Positions 26,131-33,055 of a stretch of DNA of 33,055 bases are shown here, one piece after another (within the stretch, counting starts at the first letter, position 1; the number at the start of each line of letters is the position of its first letter). A program made the position numbers and the translations under genes. Below the pieces are notes generated by a model. That model saw only the letters and a list, made by a program, of their open reading frames with translations. It made no database searches and was not told where the DNA came from. Source of the stretch: a bacterium (lineage in GTDB: Bacteria; Hydrothermota; Tepidihabitantia; Tepidihabitantales; Tepidihabitantaceae); assembly GCA_046485285.1 (NCBI GenBank), contig JAWOHE010000008.1:1-33055 (forward strand). The letters run 5' to 3'.

Positions 26131-27134
26131 CGGCCGGGCAGCTCGAGGACCGGGGCGAGCCCCGACGAGGCCGTCAGCTCGAGCCCGGGCGTGACGAACA
26201 GCGCCTCGATGCCATCGGTCGCCTCGACCAGCTCCAGCGCCGACGGGCCGAGCACGAACAGCGCGGTCGCCCACGCGTCGGCGAGGACCGGGTCGGCCGC
26301 GACGACGGTCACGCCGGCGAGCGCGCGGGCGGGCCGGGCGGTGCGCGGGTCGAAGATGTGGCAGTAGGTCGAGCCGTCGGCGTCGGTGAAGAACCGCTCG
26401 TAGTCGCCCGAACTGACGACCGCGAGGTCCTCGGCCCGGACGACGGCGATGATCTCGCCGCCGCGCGGACTGCGGATCCCCACCCGCCACGGCGCGCCGG
26501 CCTTCCGGCCGATGGCGTAGACGTCGCCGCCGGCGTCGACGAGCCCGGACCTGACGCCCTCGGCGCGCAGGACCCGGGCCGCCTCGGCGAGCGCGTAGCC
26601 CTTGGCGATGCCGCCGAGGTCGACGCGCAGGCCGGGCCGGCGCTTGGCGACGCTGTCGCCGGCGACGACTAGGTACTGCCAGCCGACCAGCGCCCGGGCA
26701 CTGTCGAGCGCGCGCCGGCCCGGCACCGCCGGCCGGTCGGTGCCGATGCCCCAGAGCGCGACGAGCGGCTGGACCGTGACGTCGAACGCGCCGCCCGAGG
26801 CCGCGCTGACCTCGAGCGCGGCGCGGATGACCCCGGCCAGCCCGGCGTCAACGAACGGCCGGTCCTCCCGGTTGAACGCCCAGAGCGGGCTGGTCGAGTC
26901 GCGGAAGTTGAAGGCCCGGTTTATCTCCTCGAGCCGGCGGAACGCGGCCTCGATGCCCCGGTCCGCGGCCGGGCCGGCCGCGGTCAGCGTGACGTAGGTG
27001 TTCATCAACAGCCGGGTCCGGCGGGCAGGCGCGGGCGCGTCGGCCCGGCGACAGCCGGGGGAGAGCAGGGCGACGAGCGCGCAGGCGGCGAGCGCGCGGG
27101 CGAACAGACGCCTGCGCCCGGCGGCCGGTTTCAC
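26127..27134 (-). CDS. apbE: FAD:protein FMN transferase ApbE (lipoprotein)
   Basis: GAFDVTV, DLGGIAKGY, VDAGGD, SSGDYERF, HIFDPRT, ADAWATA; start GTG 27134; lipobox SPGC. Confidence 0.92.
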   Translation of the reverse strand: MKPAAGRRRLFARALAACALVALLSPGCRRADAPAPARRTRLLMNTYVTLTAAGPAADRGIEAAFRRLEEINRAFNFRDSTSPLWAFNREDRPFVDAGLAGVIRAALEVSAASGGAFDVTVQPLVALWGIGTDRPAVPGRRALDSARALVGWQYLVVAGDSVAKRRPGLRVDLGGIAKGYALAEAARVLRAEGVRSGLVDAGGDVYAIGRKAGAPWRVGIRSPRGGEIIAVVRAEDLAVVSSGDYERFFTDADGSTYCHIFDPRTARPARALAGVTVVAADPVLADAWATALFVLGPSALELVEATDGIEALFVTPGLELTASSGLAPVLELPGR

Positions 27135-27147
27135 CGCCCGGCCCGGC

Positions 27148-28332
27148 TCACACCCGGCGACAGCGGGCAAGGAGTTCGACGAGGACGCCGAAGCCGACCA
27201 GCACGACGAACACCCAGAACAGCCAGCCGCAGATCGGCACCGCGCAGAGCGCGTAAGTCAGCACGACGCCGACCGGCGCGGTCAGCCAGATCGAGGCGCT
27301 CCGCCCGCCGAAGACGTTGAACAGCCAGCGGCCGAACAGCATCCCAGCGAGAATCTTGGCGATGTAGAGCCCGGCGAGCCAGAGCGCGCCGCCGAGGAAG
27401 CCGATCGGGAAGGTCACGATCAGCACCAGCGCGAGCACGAACGCGGCCGGCGCGGCGAAGAACGCGATCGCGCCCGCGCCGACGGTCCGGCCGAAGCGCT
27501 CGAGGGCGGAGTCAATCGCCAGGCGCAGGGCGTGCTTCCAGATCGCGACGAGCAGGAAGGCGAGCGCGAGCGCGCCGAGCACCGAGAGCAGGGCGAAGGG
27601 CAGGATGATGAGCCGGAACAGGTCCGGCCGGGGCCGGAACGGCCTGACGTCGTCCATCGCCCCGCGCGCCCGGCGGGTGAACGCGATCTCGCCGAAGACG
27701 GCGTCGCGGTTGCCGATGTCGATCTCCTTCTCGGCCGTGTAGCGCAGGCTCCCGAAGACCCGGGCGTCCTCGGTCAGCACGATCCGCTGGTCGACCGCGC
27801 AGACGACGTCGCCGTCGACCGTGCCCGAGATGACGATTTCCCGGGCCGCGGCGCGGACGTCGCCGCGCACCGCGCCGTCGATCGCCAGCATCGTCGCGCC
27901 GCAGACGACGTCGCCGCCGACCTCGGCGCCGCGGGCGATGGTGATGTTGGTGCAGGCGGCGAGGACGTCGCGCCCGACCCGGCCGGCGACCCGGACCGTC
28001 GCGGCGGCCGCCCGGACCGCGCCGGCGACCGAGTCGTCGACCGCGAGGTGCTGACAGCCCGCGGTAACGTCGCCGCCGATCGGGCCGGAAAGCGTGATGG
28101 TCTGGCCGCCGAGGAACAGGTTGCGGGTGACGCGGCCGGTGACCGCGACGGTCTGACAGCCGGCCGCGACACTGCCGTCGACCTGGCCGTCGAGGCGCAG
28201 GGCGCCGCCGCCGAAATAGAGGTCGCCGAACTGAAGTTCGCCGGCGGGAAGGGTGAAGCTCGGGCCGGACTCGAAGCGCGCGGCCGCGGCCAGCGCGAGC
28301 GCGAGGACAAGCAGGGTCGCTGTGCGGCGCAT
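27148..28332 (-). CDS. Bactofilin-like (polymer-forming) beta-helix repeat membrane protein
   Basis: Signal peptide; 15-aa repeats GxVxGDVxAxxxxLxI; C-terminal multi-TM region; TGATG coupling with the upstream gene. Confidence 0.8.
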   Translation of the reverse strand: MRRTATLLVLALALAAAARFESGPSFTLPAGELQFGDLYFGGGALRLDGQVDGSVAAGCQTVAVTGRVTRNLFLGGQTITLSGPIGGDVTAGCQHLAVDDSVAGAVRAAAATVRVAGRVGRDVLAACTNITIARGAEVGGDVVCGATMLAIDGAVRGDVRAAAREIVISGTVDGDVVCAVDQRIVLTEDARVFGSLRYTAEKEIDIGNRDAVFGEIAFTRRARGAMDDVRPFRPRPDLFRLIILPFALLSVLGALALAFLLVAIWKHALRLAIDSALERFGRTVGAGAIAFFAAPAAFVLALVLIVTFPIGFLGGALWLAGLYIAKILAGMLFGRWLFNVFGGRSASIWLTAPVGVVLTYALCAVPICGWLFWVFVVLVGFGVLVELLARCRRV

Positions 28333-28808
28333 CACTTGTCTCCCTTCTCGACGTCGCGGAGCTCCTCGCGGACCCGCTCCTCGATCCGGCGGCCGAGCGT
28401 CTCCCAGTCCGCGTCGGAGAAGGTCTCGGCCCGGTCGGCGAAGGCGCGGCGCAGGCCGTCGCGGACCCCGCGCTCGACCCGGCGGGCGATCCGGTCCGGG
28501 TCCGGGGCGACGACCTTCTTCCGGCGGCGCCGACTCGCGCGGGCGCCGCCGCCGAGCGAAATCATGCAACCGAGCAGGAAGCCGATATTGTAGCCCCAGC
28601 CGGCGTTGTTGGCCTCGTAGATGCCGACATCGCGCGTGAACAGGCTGACGACGAAGGTGACGATGATAATCAGGCCGTGCCAGAGTCCGGCCCAGAACCC
28701 GGCTTTGCTGTCAACCGACGCCCAGCGCTCGTTGCCCGGCGCACAGCCGGCGGCGAGCACGAACACCAGGACCAGCGCGGCGAGCAGGACGGTCTGCTTC
28801 GTGAACAT
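28332..28808 (-). CDS. Conserved hypothetical membrane lipoprotein
   Basis: AGGAGG SD; LAAGC lipobox; AGFWAGLWHG…IYEANNAGWGYNIGFLLG. Confidence 0.75.
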   Translation of the reverse strand: MFTKQTVLLAALVLVFVLAAGCAPGNERWASVDSKAGFWAGLWHGLIIIVTFVVSLFTRDVGIYEANNAGWGYNIGFLLGCMISLGGGARASRRRRKKVVAPDPDRIARRVERGVRDGLRRAFADRAETFSDADWETLGRRIEERVREELRDVEKGDK

Positions 28809-28840
28809 TCGAACCTCCTGTAGTCTGCGGTAGTGCCTCT

Positions 28841-28868
28841 ACTTTACCCCGCGCCCGGGAGTGGTCAA
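28841..28868 (-). promoter_or_regulatory. Sigma70-like promoter for the 28808-apbE operon
   Basis: TTGACC-16-TAAAGT. Confidence 0.6.
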
Positions 28869-28895
28869 GCCCGGTCGCGGTCCGTCCGGGCCGTG

Positions 28896-28944
28896 GTTCA
28901 TAGTTCAAGGTTCCTGGTTCAGGATTCAGCGCTCCGCGTTCTCC
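28896..28944 (+). repeat. 7-bp tandem array (GTTCNNN x7, degenerate)
   Basis: GTTCATA GTTCAAG GTTCCTG GTTCAGG ATTCAGC GCTCCGC GTTCTCC. Confidence 0.7.
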
Positions 28945-29019
28945 CTCCGCTGCCGCCTTCCCTTTCGCTCCTCACCCTTCCCCATCTGCCTTCGCGGCGA
29001 AACCCCTCTCCTGTACTCT

Positions 29020-29044
29020 GTGGGAGCGACAGCCCTGTCGCGAT
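29020..29044 (+). repeat. REP-like element (GTGG-type)
   Basis: GTGGGA GCGACA GCCC TGTCGC GAT: GTGG tetranucleotide followed by a palindrome. Confidence 0.55.
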
Positions 29045-29203
29045 CCCCCCCCCCTCTCTCCCTCCCTTCCCTCCTCACCCTTCCATTCCCTTTGCCTTCC
29101 TGTCCTTCCATCTTCTCCCTTCGACCCTTCGTGTCTGGTCCGCTTCCTTCGTCTCAACCTCGACCTCGACTTTGACCTGCCCGTGTCTGCCGCCCGCGGT
29201 TTT

Positions 29204-29364
29204 CCGAACCCGAATTGCGTCTGCGCCAAAGGCGCCGTCTCCTCGCAGGCCCCTCTTTCGGGCACCCAAACGTAAGTCACACACCGACCGAGCCTTGACG
29301 GCAGGGGGGGATATCCCCGGGGGCCATCCCGGGGGCCGCTAGGGGAAGGCAGGTGGGAGTGGGG
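29204..29364 (-). repeat. Dispersed intergenic element copy 2 (inverted relative to copy 1)
   Basis: Reverse complement: CCCCACTCCCACCTGCCTTCCCCTAGCGGCCCCCGGGATGGCCCCCGGGGATATCCCCCCCTGCCGTCAAGGCTCGGTCGGTGTGTGACTTACGTTTGGGTGCCCG. Confidence 0.85.
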
Positions 29365-29415
29365 TACCCGGTCCGGGTTCAGGGCAGCAACCGGCCGGTT
29401 CCCAGACGCTGGCCA

Positions 29416-29444
29416 TTGACAGCCGGGCGACCCGCATCTATCCT
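29416..29444 (+). promoter_or_regulatory. Sigma70-like promoter for the giant fibre-like gene
   Basis: TTGACA-17-TATCCT. Confidence 0.65.
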
Positions 29445-29603
29445 CTACCCGACACATCCCACCCTCGGACGAGGGGTTCGCGTCCCGGGAGACGCGACCG
29501 CGGGGAGCCTGTCGGCTCCCCGGGCGCGGCCGCGCGGCATAGGTCGCACAGCACGCGCCCGCCCGAGCTTGGGGCAAGCTCGCTAAGGAGTAAGGAGGAG
29601 AAC

Positions 29604-32600
29604 ATGCGTGGGACGACAGTCCTGCTCGCAGTCCTGTGCGTCGCGGCATTCGCCGCGGGCGACGCGGCATTGCCGCAGACCGGCACTCACCAGATCCCAA
29701 TCGACAATCGGAAGGCGGAAGTCGCCGACGGCCTCGACGCCGTCACGATACCGCGACTGATGTCATACCAGGGCAGGCTGACCGACACGCTCGGCGTGCC
29801 GGTGCCGGACGACAACTACTCGGTGGTGTTCCGGCTCTACAGCCAGCCCTCGGGCGGGAGCGCGTTCTGGAACGAGACGCAGAGCGTGACGACGGAGGAC
29901 GGGCTGTTCGCGGTCCTGCTCGGGACGGTGACGCCGATTGGCTCAATGCCGGACGCGGGTGCGGCGTATCTCACGATGGCGGTTGAGGGCAGTACGGAGC
30001 TCACGCCGAGGCTGCGGATAGCATCTGCCGCCTACGCCTACCTGACCGAGCGGGCGGCGAGCGCGGACCTTCTGCAGGGCAAGGACACGACCGACTTCGT
30101 GCGAACCGGGCAGGCGAATTCCGTCACGTCCGCAATGGTGGTGGACGGCACCATCGTTCGCGGTGACGTAGCCACGGGCTTCAAAGCGCCCTTCTCGGAC
30201 ACCGCGGACTACGCCCGCGCTGCGCCGGCAGTGGACAGCGCGCGGGTGGCGGCCAACAGCCACAGGCTGCAGGGCAAGGACACGACCGCTCTCGATGGGC
30301 GATTCGTGAACGAGGGCCAGGCCAACTCGGTGACCTCGGCGATGATAACCGACGGCGCGATTGCGACGGCTGACATCGCGACGGGCGCGGTGACGTCGGC
30401 CAAGATACTCGACGGGACGGTAGTCCGGGCCGACGTCGCGGCCGGCTTCAAGGCGCCATTCTCCGACACCGCTGACTACGCCCGCGCAGCTCCGGCAGTG
30501 GACAGCGCGCGGGTTGCCGCCAACAGCCACAAGCTCCAAGGCAAGGACACCACCGCTCTCGATGGGCGATTCGTGAACGAGGGGCAGGCTGGTTCGGTCA
30601 CCTCGACGATGGTGCTGGACAATACGCTCGTCCGAGCCGACGTCGCGGCCGCGTTTAAAGCCCCGTACTCCGACACCTCCGACTACGCCCGCGCGGCCCC
30701 GGCTACCGACAGCGCGCGGGTGGCAGCCAACGCCCATCTTCTCCAGACCAGGGATACGACGTACTTCGCGCGGGCATCCCATGCTCATCCCTTCGTTGAC
30801 AGCTCCCGCGTCGCTGTATCGAGTTATGACAGCCGCCGGCTCCAGGGCAAGGATACCTCAGCCCTCGACGCCCGCTTCGTCAACGAAGCGCAATCCAACG
30901 CGGTCGCCACGGGGATGATCACCGACACGGCGGTGACGATGGTCAAGCTCGCCCGCGCGGGCGCCGCCACCGGCGAGGTCATCAAGTGGGACGGCAGCGC
31001 CTGGGCTCCAGGTCCGGACAACACCGGCGGCGGGACCGGGGTGACGAATGTCTACCAGGACACCGGCATCACCTGCGTGCCGAACCCGATAACCACGACC
31101 GGCAACGTCCGACTCAATCTCAGCTACACCGACGCCCGCTACGTCAACGAGGCGCAGGCCAACTCGGTCACGTCAGCGATGATAGCCGACGGGACGATCG
31201 CGGCCGCGGACATCGCCAGCTCAGCTGTGACCGAGGCCAAGCTGGCCAGTAACGCGGTCACGTCGGCGAAGATACTGGACGGAACGATAGCGGCGGCGGA
31301 CCTGAACCAGATGGGCGCGGGGCCCGGGCAGGTGCTGAAATGGACCGGCACGGCCTGGGCGCCGCGGAACGACTCAATCGGCGGGGGCGGTGGCTCGGGC
31401 ACGGTCACGTCGGTCGGCCAGGCGACCGGGGTGGTCTGCACGCCCAACCCGATAGTCGCGACCGGGACGGTCAGGCTGGACACCACCTACTCCGACGCCC
31501 GGTACGTCAACGAGGGGCAGGCGAGTTCGGTGACTTCGGCGATGATAGTTGACGGCACGATTGCCGCGGCGGACATCGCGACCGGCGCGGTGACGTCGGC
31601 CAAGATACTGGATGGCACGATTGCCCGCGCGGATGTGGCGGTGGGCTTTAAGGCGCCATTCTCCGACACCGCGGACTACGCCCGTGTCGCACCGACGGTG
31701 GACAGCGCGCGGGTTGCCGCCAACAGTCACAGGCTCCAGGGCAAGGACACGACCGCTCTCGATGGGCGATTCGTGAACGAAGGGCAGGCGAGCGCGGTGA
31801 CCTCGGCGATGATAACCGACGGCGCGATCGCGGCGGCCGACATCGCGACCGGCGCGGTGACGTCGGCCAAGATACTGGATGGCACGATTGCCCGCGCGGA
31901 TGTGGCGGCGGGTTTCAAGGCGCCATTCTCCGACACCGCGGACTACGCCCGCGCTGCGCCGGCAACCGACAGCGCGCGCGTGGCAGCCAACGCCCATCTT
32001 CTCCAGACGAGGGACACGACGTACTTTGCTCGCGCAGCCCATACCCATCCCTACGTCGACAGCTCCCGCGTCGCCGTAACGAGCTACGACAGCCGACTGC
32101 TCCAGGGCAAGGATACCTCAGCCCTCGACGCGCGGTTCGTCAACGAGTTGCAGGCCGACGCGATCGCCACGGGAATGCTCGTCGACACCGCGGTGACGAT
32201 GGTCAAGCTCGCCCGCGCGGGCGCCGCCACCGGCGAGGTCATCAAGTGGGACGGCAGCGCCTGGGCTCCCGGTCCGGACAACACCGGCGGCGGGACCGGG
32301 GTGACGAATGTCTACCAGGACACCGGCATCACCTGCGTGCCGAACCCGATAACCACGACCGGCAACGTCCGGCTCAATCTCAGCTACACCGACGCCCGCT
32401 ACGTCAACGAAGGGCAGGCGAGCTCGGTTACCTCGGCGATGATACTCGACGGGACGATAGCCCGGGCCGACGTCGCGGCCGGCTTCAAAGCCCCGCTCGC
32501 CGACACCGCGGACTACGCGCGGGCCGCGCCGGCAACCGATAGCGCGCGCGTGGCCGGGAACGCGCATCTCCTGCAGACCAAGGATACAACTTACTTCGCG

Positions 32601-33055
32601 AAGTCGGCACACATACATCCCTACGTCGACAGCGCCGGCGTAGCGGTCGCGAGCTACGACAGCCGACAACTCCAGGGCAAGGACACGACCGGATTCGTGC
32701 GGACCGGGCAGACGAATTCCGTCACGTCCGCAATGGTGGTGGACGGCACCATCGTTCGCGGTGACGTAGCCACGGGCTTCAAAGCGCCCTTCTCGGACAC
32801 CGCGGACTACGCCCGCGCTGCGCCGGCAGTGGACAGCGCGCGGGTGGCGGCCAACAGCCACAGGCTGCAGGGCAAGGACACGACCGCGCTTGATGCCCGG
32901 TTCGTCAACGAAGGCCAGGCCAACTCGGTGACCTCGGCGATGATAACCGACGGCGCGATTGCGGCGGCTGACATCGCGACGGGCGCGGTGACGTCGGACA
33001 AGATACTCGACGGGACGGTAGTCCGGGCCGACGTCGCGGCCGGCTTCAAGGCGCC
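29604..33055 (+). CDS. Giant secreted repetitive fibre/adhesin-like protein (>1150 aa, 3' truncated; absent from the ORF track)
   Basis: TAAGGAGG SD; MRGTTVLLAVLCVAAFA…IPRLMSYQGRLTD…FRLYSQPSGGSAFWNETQ…GLFAVLLG; repeats LQGKDTT, GAVTSAKILDGT, GQVLKWTGTAWAP; same frame at the window end. Confidence 0.88.
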   Translation, partial: MRGTTVLLAVLCVAAFAAGDAALPQTGTHQIPIDNRKAEVADGLDAVTIPRLMSYQGRLTDTLGVPVPDDNYSVVFRLYSQPSGGSAFWNETQSVTTEDGLFAVLLGTVTPIGSMPDAGAAYLTMAVEGSTELTPRLRIASAAYAYLTERAASADLLQGKDTTDFVRTGQANSVTSAMVVDGTIVRGDVATGFKAPFSDTADYARAAPAVDSARVAANSHRLQGKDTTALDGRFVNEGQANSVTSAMITDGAIATADIATGAVTSAKILDGTVVRADVAAGFKAPFSDTADYARAAPAVDSARVAANSHKLQGKDTTALDGRFVNEGQAGSVTSTMVLDNTLVRADVAAAFKAPYSDTSDYARAAPATDSARVAANAHLLQTRDTTYFARASHAHPFVDSSRVAVSSYDSRRLQGKDTSALDARFVNEAQSNAVATGMITDTAVTMVKLARAGAATGEVIKWDGSAWAPGPDNTGGGTGVTNVYQDTGITCVPNPITTTGNVRLNLSYTDARYVNEAQANSVTSAMIADGTIAAADIASSAVTEAKLASNAVTSAKILDGTIAAADLNQMGAGPGQVLKWTGTAWAPRNDSIGGGGGSGTVTSVGQATGVVCTPNPIVATGTVRLDTTYSDARYVNEGQASSVTSAMIVDGTIAAADIATGAVTSAKILDGTIARADVAVGFKAPFSDTADYARVAPTVDSARVAANSHRLQGKDTTALDGRFVNEGQASAVTSAMITDGAIAAADIATGAVTSAKILDGTIARADVAAGFKAPFSDTADYARAAPATDSARVAANAHLLQTRDTTYFARAAHTHPYVDSSRVAVTSYDSRLLQGKDTSALDARFVNELQADAIATGMLVDTAVTMVKLARAGAATGEVIKWDGSAWAPGPDNTGGGTGVTNVYQDTGITCVPNPITTTGNVRLNLSYTDARYVNEGQASSVTSAMILDGTIARADVAAGFKAPLADTADYARAAPATDSARVAGNAHLLQTKDTTYFAKSAHIHPYVDSAGVAVASYDSRQLQGKDTTGFVRTGQTNSVTSAMVVDGTIVRGDVATGFKAPFSDTADYARAAPAVDSARVAANSHRLQGKDTTALDARFVNEGQANSVTSAMITDGAIAAADIATGAVTSDKILDGTVVRADVAAGFKA

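Noticed and set aside
27892-27912. DVVCGAT as an ApbE flavinylation motif in the bactofilin-like protein
   Set aside because: It falls in register with the beta-helix repeat and has Cys at the S/T position; probably coincidental
28833-29700. ORFs 28833-29342, 28972-29700, 29075-29284
   Set aside because: Low-complexity translations of micro-repeats spanning promoter regions
167-33049. Numerous long antisense/alternate-frame ORFs (e.g. 2114-3070+, 8944-10473+, 13129-15885-, 18056-20026-, 22813-24579-, 26998-28593+)
   Set aside because: High-GC shadow ORFs overlapping motif-supported genes; Arg/Pro/Gly-rich with no recognisable motifs
29604-33055. Prophage tail gene
   Set aside because: Signal peptide, own promoter, and no other phage genes in the window

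Overview
High-GC bacterial chromosomal window with about 22 CDS. I found no rRNA, tRNA, transposase, integrase or CRISPR array. Several secreted proteins end in a short T9SS-type-A-like tail (…DAAGRRV…LAPGVYFVR…) and one carries GGNTQEFWR Kelch-like repeats. This style suggests candidate division WOR-3 or an FCB-allied lineage (inference). Order: partial gene; CsgG/TolB-N/FlgT-like envelope proteins; half-size TMEM165/GDT1; asparaginase-2; M28 peptidase; Kelch/FN3 secreted protein; NACHT NTPase with ~13 HEAT repeats; divergent TPR + sigma54-type AAA+ regulator; an 8-gene operon (phosphate-porin-like, LTD lipoprotein, CotH kinase, two arylsulfotransferase-like, SBBP propeller, VTC-domain, DUF4956); a convergent lipoprotein/bactofilin-like/ApbE operon; and a >1150-aa repetitive fibre-like protein that is missing from the ORF track and runs off the window end. 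Non-coding highlights: two inverted copies of a dispersed element with a variable 12-bp array (12.5-12.8 kb and 29.2-29.4 kb), a solitary type I-C-like CRISPR repeat, an in-frame palindromic insert in a CTD, heptamer micro-arrays, a five-hairpin leader, and promoters with a recurring 16-bp spacer.
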